Source: Geosiphon pyriformis uo1 (taxonomy: Eukaryota > Fungi > Glomeromycota). Taken from it: DNA of 64,000 nucleotides. Location of the stretch: assembly GCA_016748015.1 (NCBI GenBank), contig JAAOMT010000664.1, forward strand, positions 1,974,576-2,038,575, written 5' to 3'. This document shows, piece by piece, positions 12,840-23,383 of the stretch (the first letter of the stretch is position 1; every line of letters begins with the position of its first letter). The position numbers and the translations under genes were made by a program. Below the pieces are notes generated by a model. That model worked only from the letters and a program-made list of their open reading frames with translations, was not told the DNA's origin and searched no databases.

Positions 12840-12904
12840 NNNNNNNNNNNNNNNNNNNNNNNNNNNNNNNNNNNNNNNNNNNNNNNNNNNNNNNNNNNNN
12901 NNNN
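12840..12904. other. Assembly gap (65 N)
   Basis: Run of N; the homologous interval in D (~51090-51330) is about 240 bp, so the gap size is probably underestimated. Confidence 0.99.
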
Positions 12905-12908
12905 TATA

Positions 12909-13628
12909 ATGACTATTCCTCAAAACATTCAACAATTATCCCAAAAACTAATGTTAGCTTTAAAAACAATACCCGAATTATCCATTACTGTTACTGGAAA
13001 CCACATTAATTATACTCAAACAGAAGTAGTTACAAATTTAGCCCCAAATTCACAAAAATATCACCCATATAAGAAAAACACAAGAAGTTATTCTGGAATT
13101 CACCTGCCAGAACTTTTAAAGCTTGCTTTAAGAGAAAACTTAATGCTCACTCCAATTAGTATTCTACCAAATGCTACAATTCAACAAAGACTTCAACTGT
13201 GTCTCAATGAGAAAAACACTGAATATCCTCTAATCTATAGATATTTCCACATTGAAAAAACACTCTACAAATAGAAACTGGAACTTACAACAGCAAACCT
13301 CACAAAAAAAGCTATTCAGAAACAACTCTACAACGAATTCAAGACAACAGCTGGACCAACAAACAGTCACTACAAGCTCAGAGCTGCTTTTAGACTTTAT
13401 AACCTATTCCACACTTGTAAAAATATCTTACAAAACCCAATTTTACGACCTTTGAAGATTCAATACATTGGAAAGCTCACAGAACTGAAATTTCAACAAT
13501 TTTCAGACCAAATTTCTTCAATAATTTTGGATTACTATCTGGAAATTACAGACAGTACTTGGACTTTGATGGAGCTCAGTCTTGAAGAGGAGGTTATATT
13601 ACCAGACAAAATTAGAGATATTATTTAG
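12909..13628 (+). pseudogene. B ORF3, ~239-aa protein of unknown function overlapping the PPT and 3' LTR
   Basis: ATG 12909 to TAG 13626-13628 in one frame with a single internal stop (13272-13274); homologous ORF in D (51331-52027). Confidence 0.8.
13584..13593 (+). promoter_or_regulatory. Polypurine tract of B (GAAGAGGAGG)
   Basis: Purine run 3 nt upstream of the 3' LTR. Confidence 0.8.
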
Positions 13629-14577
13629 CATGAAATTATCTTATAAATCCTATCATTAATTAGCATATATTATCATTTCAAATTATTACTTATTACATTA
13701 GCAAAATGTCTAAAATTATCATTTAATTAATAACCTAATTTGTATACAACACAAATGTAACCTAATTGTGATGATCAAATCATGCAATACCCCGAACTAT
13801 GTAACATTCAAAAGTTCACCAAAATTTGTAGAAATTCGCCGAAATAATTAATAGTTCACCGAAATATTTAATAGTTCACAGAAATAACTTGTAGTTTGCC
13901 GAAATGTATCTTTAGTTCAGCGAAATTGTAGAAAATAGCAAATTTCAAGTTTATAAAATAGTGTTATGACAAGTTGTATAAAAGAAGAGCATCTTTCTTC
14001 AAGAAAATGTATCTTACTTTAGATTTATCTCTTAAAACCATTCCTATACACACAAAAAGAAATAAATATCAAATAATTCGAAAAAACCAAATTCTTTAAT
14101 TATTGTACTTGGAAAATTCCCAAAACCCAACTAACGTTTTGAAATTGATTAGTTACCAATTTCAGTAAACTGTTAATGACTCCAGGCCTGGATAGAAAAA
14201 CATTTCCCTTGATAAAATCCTATTTCTTTTACATTTCTTGTATTTTCTTTTCTTTTCTTATTACAATCATTAGGGTAGCCTACAGACGAGATTCTTGTAA
14301 AAGAGTTGACTTTCACAGCAAAGTAACTACACATTCTTAGTGAGCTTCTAGACGAGCAATTCTTGGGAAAAAGTTGATGTTTACTACAATGTAACTACAT
14401 AAAGCAACTGGTACGGAATTGGCCATTCCACTCATAAGCCCAGCAAGTTCAAATTATAGGAGATAATTTGAAGATAAATTCAGTTACTGGAGGTCCAACT
14501 ACTTCCTGGAAATGTGAATTCACAACAAATCAACATTAACAACATTTAAGAAAAGAGACCAAAAACCTCCAGTAACA
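13597..14577 (+). repeat. B 3' LTR
   Basis: TATTACC (TG mutated to TA)...AGTAACA; 981 bp; matches 4789-5769. Confidence 0.96.
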
Positions 14578-15589
14578 CCATTAACAATCACCAGCAGAGG
14601 CAACAGATATATTGCAGTAGCTATAGATTATCTCACTAAATGGCCAGAAGCAAAAGCCATTTAAAGAGCAGATACAGAATCTGTTGCCAAATTTGTTTAT
14701 CAAGATTTGATCTGTTGACACAGATGTCCAAAAGAACTACTATCAGATCAAAGAACTCACTTTGTGAACAGAACACTGGCAGAATTAAGTCAAAGATTTG
14801 GAGTTAAAAGACCATTATCATCACTATACCATCCACAAACCAATGGACTAGTTGAAAGATTTAATAGAACACTGTGTGAAGCAGTTGCTAAGATCAGTCA
14901 AGAAAACCAGCACGAATGAGATTTGTTTGTACTATCAGTATTATTTGCTTATCGGACAATAAAGCAAGACACTATACAAGCAACACCATTTGAATTAGTA
15001 TACAATAGAACAGCAACATTACCAGTTGAGATAAAAGTCAACACTTATCCAACAGAACCAATAACTGAAGACAATTTTCAGGAAATGTTGCTAAAAAAAA
15101 CATATGACTTGATAGAAACTCTAGAAAACAAGTGACGAAGAGCAGCTGATAACATTCAAAAGTCACAAGAGAAACAAAAAAAAAGACACAATAACCAACT
15201 ACCAGACAAACCAGTTGAATTCAAGATTGAAGACAAAGTACTTCTACATCGTACTAAAGTAGAAAAACAATGGAGTGGAAAATTTGACCCCAAATGGGAC
15301 GGACCATTTCACATTGAAGAAATTTTTGAAAATGAAGCTTATAAATTAAGATGGGACAACAGAATCTTAATCAAAGCAGCATATGATGATCAACTAAAAC
15401 CATATCACCAGATAACATCATTATCTACCAATAACATTTCACAACTGGGAGTACAAAGAATACTAGTCCAACCAGATGAAATTCTACGAGATCTGGAACC
15501 AATCATAATCATTAGACCAAACATGTAAAATTGAACAAACCGAAGAGTATATAAAGACACAGTATATATAACAAAAGCAACCAAGAAAA

Positions 15590-16224
15590 ATGGAAATATC
15601 AGATCATATTCACACTATAGCTCAACAATTATTCCAGGCCTTAAGTGAAAAACAGTTAGACATGGAAATTGTTATTAACAACCAAATAATTTGCTATCAA
15701 AACAACCAAAGAAAAACAAAGAATACATTATACCAGTGACCACCAAAAAACAATGAAAACTGGACAAATAACTTAATAGAAAAAGTAAAGAATACTTTTG
15801 AGAAAATCTTTATTATAACACCAACAAAAGAGCTTACAAAAAAAATTGGAAGCAATGAACAAAATGACTTCCAATATCATATTGCTACTACCAGTTAGGT
15901 CAAAAGTTGAATATTCAGGAGTTGTATACTGATAAATTCAAGAGAATATTTAACCAAAACATAATACAACAAATTGAAGAATTCATCGAAAAGAAAACAA
16001 ATTCAACATTATATGTTAAAACAATGTACTAACTATACAACATATTTCAAAATTATCCAGAAATACTGTTACATGCTGACATGAAAATCATAACCATTAA
16101 CCAATGGGGAAGAATAAACAATACACAAGTAGAAAACATGAAGAACAGAATTGAACAAACAATACTTGAAAAAAAAGTATTAGAATTAATTCAAAATAAA
16201 GATTTTGACAAAGCTCAATATTAA
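15590..16224 (+). pseudogene. A ORF3, unknown protein (MEISDHIHTIAQQLFQAL...DFDKAQY*)
   Basis: Homologous decayed ORF in C (26795-31346, split by E); preceded by two TATA-like boxes. Confidence 0.75.
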
Positions 16225-16238
16225 AAAAGAGAAGATAA

Positions 16239-17017
16239 TATTACTCATAAAAAGAAAACAGATATAGAAAATAGTAGACCAATAGGCGAGTAATAGTTAG
16301 CACATAAGCACATTGCTCAGCAATATAGAAAAATGTCAGAAATCATAGCACATTGCTCAGCAATATGAGCATTGCTTAAGAAATCATAGTATATTGCTTA
16401 AGAATATGAGCAATTTTGTAGAACATCAATTATGTATATATAACAGTAGTATTAAAAGTAGAAAGAGCAGAATCTTTCCATGAGAATCCATCAGTTAGAA
16501 ACCTTTCACATTACAAATATCAATAAATAATTATTTACTATCTCAATTCATTCTTCACTATCAACACTTCATGTTGATAGTAATTGATACTTAACTCCAT
16601 GAAAACAATAGCTCTTAATCATGACTATCAATGGAATACTAACTTGTGTATTTCTTTGGCTCCATTTTTTATTTTTTTTTCTTTCTTTGATTTTTATTGT
16701 TGTATACTAATCGATTAAGGATTAAAGTACTGAGATACAGATGTCATAGTGACTGGTAAAAGACCTGTGAAACAAGGATAGAACATTCATAGATTTGAGG
16801 ATAGCTTACCAGAAAGATTACTGGCCACCATGCTGAGAAAGAAATTTAATGAAACTGAGGTTTCAGGAAGCTACAGATAAAACCATCAATTTACTCTCTG
16901 TCTATTATACAAAAAATTCAACAACAAAACCTTCAGATATCAACACCAGAACACCAACCAAGCACCACATTACAGATTTGTTATTTGACCTGAGACCTCA
17001 AATAATCATCTGTAACA
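16239..17017 (+). repeat. A 3' LTR (family 1)
   Basis: TATTACTCAT...ATCTGTAACA after a purine tract; homologous to 31359-32280 and, inverted, to 29136-30093 and 54810-55639. Confidence 0.9.
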
Positions 17018-20000
17018 TCATAAATTATCTATTAACTCCAATTAATTCAAACACTATACCAAATTACTGTGCCAACTAAGAACCAAAGGCTGAAAATAAC
17101 ACATATACAATAAAATTGAAAATTGGCAATAGTCATGTATCAACCAATCTTTAATACATTAAATTAGTTATTAGGATTATGTTCAAAAAATTTGAGAAGT
17201 GAATACACCCAAAACCTGAATTTTCAGAACTATTTAAGCCTTCTAATTATAACCAACTTACTCAACAATCTGAATACCAATTACAAATTACTTATCAACA
17301 ATATTCTATTAGCAATTATTATAGAAGACAAATCATTTATAGCTATTTTTTTTTTTGAGTTAAAAAAATTAGCAATAATATTACTATTCAGTAAAGTCAT
17401 TCTTAACATAAAACCAATTACTGTAATATATACTGATGCCAAAGTTAATGGCCACTCTATTAAGCTAATTCTTAATAGTAATTTAGTAGGCAGTATTATT
17501 ACATGATAACTTATAAACCAATTAAGTCATTGAGTTGATCATGCTGTCAGCACCAGAATTATTACTGCTAATAGAGCCATTATGACTTTTATTGGTAAAA
17601 TTAATAACTTTCTATTTGAAGTTAACAGCATTATCATGCCAATCAAGATTTTTGTTATAAAAGCCACATAGTATTAAGCACTAATTGGTAATAACTGGCT
17701 GTCTAAAACCAATATTATGCTTGACTGAAACACCCAGAAGCTATAACTTAATTAAAATAATTAGCAAATTTGGGTATCTGTTACTTATAGCTATTTCAAG
17801 CCAACTATTATGCATCTACTAATAAATTTCAAGAAAAAAAAAAAACCTATCTGAGAAACTTATTAAGTTTTTTGGGCCAATAAAAATTACAACAAACTAT
17901 TATTAATCTTGATCTGGAAAGAAAAAAAACAATTTTATGTTATTATCTCAACATATACTCCATATGATATCACACTCCAAATAACCAAATTATTGGTAAT
18001 TCAAACTAATATGTGTCAATTGTAACAAGAAATTGTTAACAATAGGTGCATATTATAGCAATAACAAAGAATAGCCAATAGCAACCAAGTATTATTATTA
18101 CTCATGTGTCCTTGAATGCTTTGAATAACCCAAACAACAAGAAAAATAAAACAATGAGTTTTGTTTTGCATGTGAAATAAATTTTTTCAACAAAGAAATG
18201 TGGAATGACATTTCTGGACAAAGAAAAACATGTAATAAAGCATGTCAATATATAATTCTAATTAACAACTGAGTATGGAAAAGAACTTCAATTGATGCTA
18301 TTTGAAAACAAACACTTATATATTTGAAAAATTACTTATACAATGAACATAAAATCTGGAAAATAATGAGTGTTAAAGTTAAAAGTGCTTTATTCAGTAA
18401 AATATTAGAAATAAAAAATAATTCACCAATACTTTCTAAACTCAAATTTGTTCTAACTTTTGATGTTTCAATGATGTTATGAATAATTCAAAACAATTCT
18501 ACAAGTACTACCAAAACCTAGCAATGACTAAAAAAAAACAAGAACAAAAGCTAGAACAATTAAATATGAGATTGTACAAATATTGCTTAATTTTTAGTAA
18601 CTTTGAATATTGTAATAATTATGATTTCATCTACAATTCACCACCACATATAATCTATTTAATCTCCAAAAAAGAAGAATCAATCAGCAAATGTGCATCA
18701 AAATTAAAATCAAAAATCAATTGTAATTTAGACTTTAATAATAATAACAATAATAGTTCCAACTCTATTTACAATAACAACAATAACAATAACAATTCCA
18801 ATTCCAATTCTGAACCGTATATTATACTCTCAGATTTTTCAATAAAGCAGAAACTTAAATGGTTTAGTAATAATAACAAAAATATTATGTTAAAACACAT
18901 GCATAATACCAATACAGAATTTGATCTCAGGTATCTAGGAAAAACTGCTATCAGATTAGAACCCCATTTGTGTACCAGTATAAATCTAAAAATAATACTG
19001 GAAATTTTAGCAATAACAATAGTCTAATAAGCCTTTAAATTTAATTTAATAAAAAAAGAAATTAATATCAGAAAAAGAATAATTGATACAAAATATGTAA
19101 AAAATATTATTGTAATACTACAAAATAACTCAGAAAAAGGATATGTAATTGAACCAAATAAAAAAATAACACAGGCAATATTTCTGTTTCTGGTTAAAAT
19201 AACTTAATTAATATTAATAAGAACAAGAAAAAAGTTAAGAATTACAGCAAAAAAGATAAAAAGATTCAGATCAACAAATAAAATAGATACAGTGAACTCT
19301 CTTTATAGTTCCTTTAGTTATAGTCACTATCTTCTTATAATCACATTTTTTTAAAAACCAAAACCATTTATATATAATATTATCTTTTTATAGTCACTTT
19401 TACTATATATATCTTCTTATAGTCACTTTTACTATATATATCTCCTTATAGTCTCTATCTCCACAAATATGATAGCAGAATATAAGTAATTTCTACTCTC
19501 TATAGTCACACTATAATCATATAATATTAGATATGAACATCAGATATCATCTCATATTTAATCGAATATGTACAGTTAGGAAGATTTCCCAATTGTCAAT
19601 AGAAATCATTCTTTTTATGGTAGTAAAAAAAATTAGAGAAGTTTCTGGAAACAATTGTAGAACATTAAACAAAATTTTTCAAATATTACAACATTCAATT
19701 ACTCTTTTTTATAAGCTGCCACCACCATCAGAAGACAATGATGAAACTATTATATCTGGTTTGTTGTTTGCGGGTATTATAAGAGTTTTAATAATAGTTG
19801 ACATATGGTACAGTACTGCACTTTGGAGGCTGTTGTTGTGAGTATCAATGAAGTTACTTTGGATCAAACTTTGGCTAATGAGATTACTTTTTCTTTATAT
19901 TGGGAGAAAGAATTAACAGACCTACAAGTGAGAATAATGGCCCAATAGGATTCTCTGGGAACAAGTTTGTTAATGAGACATTGCTCGAGCAAATCAACTG

Positions 20001-20439
20001 AGAACAGAGTTTGAATTTATCTTTCCTTAGGAAGAGAAATGTGATCAGTAATAAAACTCAGAGCATGAGAATTCCAATATATATTCAATAAATACATTTT
20101 CACATCAACTTTGACATCTACAATTAAAAAAAGACTCCATACTAGCAATCATATTCATCATTTGACCAATATTTAGTATTAGTGAGTGAAATTTTGACTG
20201 ATAGTTTTAAAGATGTATTAAAAATCAACTTTTTTGGGGCAAATAAATCTGTGTTAAATGCTTTTTATAATCCAAACATAATTATGCAGAATAGAGATTC
20301 GGACCTAGACTCAACATATTATGTTTTAAAAATGCCAATTATAAATGGTAATGCACTTAACCCAAGGTAAATAAAACTGTACACAATACAATATATTTCT
20401 AACTTTTTGAAGGATATTTATTAGGCTGTCACATGATTA

Positions 20440-21480
20440 ACTTGATAAGCTTTGAAAACATAATCACTTAAAAGAGGTATTAGAGAGTTAATAATAGGCA
20501 ATAGTTGTGATTTTATTAACAGATTTACATTTTTTGATGATCTGCTTCTTTACTTGTTACTAGAATTGGTTTTCAAGTACTTAACAATGTTTTTTTAATT
20601 CGTTTTGCTTTAAAAAAGTCTATTTTTTTCATCTGTGCAATTTTACTGAATTTTTTTATTTCTTTACTTAATATCTATTTATGGCCAATATCACAAAAAA
20701 CATGATTAGAAACATTTGGATTTACAAACTGTGTCTTTCTTATCTGAACTTGAAATCGATTTGATTCAGCAATAAAGCTAAGACATGTATGAGACCTGTA
20801 TATTTCACTTTTAGAATATCCAATAACATTAAAGAGGTTAGTATGCAATCTCTTAAATTTGATACAGTTACATACTGCAATTTCCCAATGCCATTGTGAA
20901 AGTGTAGAAAGAATTAATGATTTAAGCATTTTGTTAATTTCTTCAAGTATTGCATTATGGCTTTGATGTTGATTTGAAAGTTTAAATTGAGAAATTACAA
21001 TTCTTTCTTAAATCAGCTTGTAAACTTCAGGCTTTAATTGTAGTCATTGTTCTTTATCAGCAATTTCAATTAATTGGTAAATAAGATAACACCAAGCAGA
21101 CCAAATTGGTCCAAACATTTGTCTAGCTGTGAGTTTTAATGAAAACCTATTGAAACAAACTCCAGTGCAAAAGTTAATAATTGTTTGTAAATAAAAAAAG
21201 ACTTGTTCATACTTTAACCTGAATATGGAATCTGTTTCATTTTGGGCTCATTCTAAATAACCTTCAACAGATAGATTTTCTTTAGAAACAACATATAACC
21301 ACATTAATTTGGAAGCCATTGCATGCTTATATATATTACATATCAAATTCCATGACTTATGATGATCAGGACATTTTTTAAAAAACTGCAGTTGACTTTT
21401 ACTCTGATATCTCTGATATTGTGCAAAGTATTTTATATCAATATTCCAATTGATATAGGCATTGCTGTGTTTGAAGGGCT
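20440..21480 (-). pseudogene. Cargo coding fragment inside the pogo element (uncharacterised, possibly transposase-like)
   Basis: Minus-strand decayed reading frame: WNIDIKYFAQYQRYQSKSQLQFFKKCPDHHKSWNLICN..YKHAMASKLMWLYV..FRLKYEQVFF..NQHQSHNAILEEINKMLKSLI...; includes ORF 20675-20929. Confidence 0.6.
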
Positions 21481-21835
21481 TAACAACATAACATTGTGCT
21501 ATCTTTTATGCAATTATGCAAGTATGCAGAGGATCAAATTGACAGCCTTCATTATTGATCATTAGTTGGGGGTAAGAGACAAAAAGTGTCACAGATGCAT
21601 TATCAAAATTAAGTTTCTTTTTACTAAGAATCTGTTATTTGCACTTAGAATCCTACAGTTAGATTAAAATTTTCATTTTTATAATTTGGCCACTTTTTAT
21701 AATCTGAGGCACTTCATATAACATAAGACACCTCACATGTTCGATTAAATATAAGACAAAATGATGTTTGAGACATAACAGATACATCAATACATTATAA
21801 AAGCAAAATGTAATAAAAAGTGTGTTCTTATTAAC

Positions 21836-23383
21836 ATGCCAAAAAATGCGAACCAAAAGTGAGCAGCAATCTCCTTGGAGACTAAAAAGGCTCTTTGCCA
21901 GTACAAACTAGAACATTCTGACTATTTAGCAAATAAACTTATTGAAATATTTAATCTAAAAGTTGACTGCTCTATTGTAACAAAGATACTTGCAAAATCA
22001 GACCAATAAATTGAAAAGAATGTATCTGACAACTCTGGTCAATTAACAAAGAACAGGAAAGAGATGTTTCTGAAGATAAATAATGTACTGGGAGAATGGA
22101 TGCTTAGAGCACTAGCTACCAACTGCATTTTTACTGGAAAAATTTTACAAACGAAAGCCTTCAAGTTTGTTGAAAAGTTTTCAGAAGAAAATAACTTTAA
22201 AGCATCAGATGGTCGGTTAGAAAAGTTCAAAAAATATCATAATTTGTACCACATTAAGATGCATAGTGAAGCAAACAGTGCCTTCTTGGAAATTTTACCA
22301 AAGGAACAAGAGAAACTGCATGAGATTATTAGTGAATATGATCTAAATGATATTTACAATGTCAATAAGACAGCATTATTCTTTAGAATGCCACCAAATG
22401 CAACTTTGGCAACAAGATCTACCTCTGACACCAAGCGTGATAAGAGTTGAATTACCATATTTCTTTGTAATGCAACAGGCAGCATCAAGTTGCAGCCTTT
22501 AATTATCAGCAAAGCCACAAAGCCACGATGTTTTCGCAATATTAATATGAATGCACTTCTAATCACTTATTATTACAATACAAAAGCATGGATGCAAACC
22601 AATATTTTTAGTAAATGGCTTAATTTATTAAATGAAGAAATGCATCACAAGAAAAAAAAATTTTGCTATTGCTTAATAATGCTGGTTTTTATGGTAGAGA
22701 ATCTTCTATATTATCTAATATTATGATTAGATATCTACTATCCAATACAACATCTCATTTATAATTATTAGATGCAGGAATTATTGCATTTTTTAAGGCA
22801 CAATACCAAAAGTTGTTTCTTTTTCATCTTATTAATCAGTATGATGGCAAGATTCCAATATCAACAGTAATATTAAAGAATGCAGTTGACTTTCTAATTG
22901 ATGCATGATCAGCAGTAACAACAACTACAATCCAAAACTGTTAGCATCATATGGGAATTCTGAATAATAGTTAGCCCATCTATTAGATATTAAACAAGAA
23001 CTTTTATAAGAAGTACAAGTTTTTATTGAGCATATTGATATTAATAAGCTATTGGCAATAACTTTATTAATATTAACAAGTTTGAACTATTATTTACTTA
23101 TGCCTCAAAAGATGAAATTGTGGATCTTATTAACAACAAGTATAGTGGAAATTCTAATGCAAATGAAGATTTAAAAAGTGAAAATGAAGATAAACTTTTG
23201 CCTTTGCTATCTACACATCAAGGTAAAATTGCACTTGAAGATACATTGCACTATTGTAAAGAGCAGTAGAATGTAAAAGTTGATTCAGACTTTTTTAAAA
23301 CTTTAAGAACATTAATTCGTAATACTGTTCTCAAAGTTCAAGAAGAGAAAAAACAATTGCAAATAGATAGCTTTTTTAAATAA
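21836..23383 (+). pseudogene. pogo/Tigger transposase (CENP-B-type HTH plus DDE)
   Basis: FKASDGRLEKFKK, IYNVNKTALFF (YNxDETGL), RITIFLCNATG, YYYNTKAWM, LLLNNAG, NTTSHL*LLDAGII, C-terminal PIP-box QLQIDSFFK*. Confidence 0.92.

Larger units (their letters stand above)
4789..14577 (+). mobile_element. Full-length Gypsy-like LTR retrotransposon copy B (family 2), least decayed copy
   Basis: Two 981-bp LTRs, 4-bp TSD CCAT (4785-4788 / 14578-14581), PBS, PPT and complete internal domain set. Confidence 0.96.
4361..15528 (+). pseudogene. A ORF2 integrase (4361-4788 + 14582-15528), split by insertion of B
   Basis: ATG 4361; HHCC zinc finger (MHSDP..EH..CNAC), GIDLVRP, LSDQRTHF, PQTNGLVERFNRTL, KWDGPF (GPY/F) motif; stop 15526-15528. 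Confidence 0.9.
1..17017 (+). mobile_element. Gypsy-like LTR retrotransposon copy A (family 1); 5' end outside window; interrupted by element B
   Basis: Decayed protease (LILDSxLAGSII), dUTPase, RT, RNase H, integrase and ORF3 in order; 3' LTR 16239-17017; integrase frame rejoins across B (..GIDLVRP|LTITSRGNRYIAVAIDYLTKWPEA). Confidence 0.93.

Noticed and set aside
12576-13274. 232-aa ORF apparently fusing the integrase C-terminus to ORF3
   Set aside because: Artefact of translation through the N gap; in homologous copy D the integrase stops at 51146 and ORF3 starts separately at 51331.
12909-13628. ORF3 as an envelope glycoprotein
   Set aside because: Too short, with no evident signal peptide, fusion peptide or transmembrane anchor.
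15300-15528. Chromodomain at the integrase C-terminus
   Set aside because: After the GPF motif only a short tail ending LEPIIII follows; no chromodomain signature seen.
18735-18810. AAT/AAC microsatellite (poly-Asn)
   Set aside because: Low-complexity Asp/Asn linker of C ORF1, further homogenised by G>A decay.
19300-19520. Short repeats with spacers resembling a CRISPR array
   Set aside because: Irregular TATAGTCAC subterminal repeats of the pogo transposon in a eukaryotic context; no cas genes.
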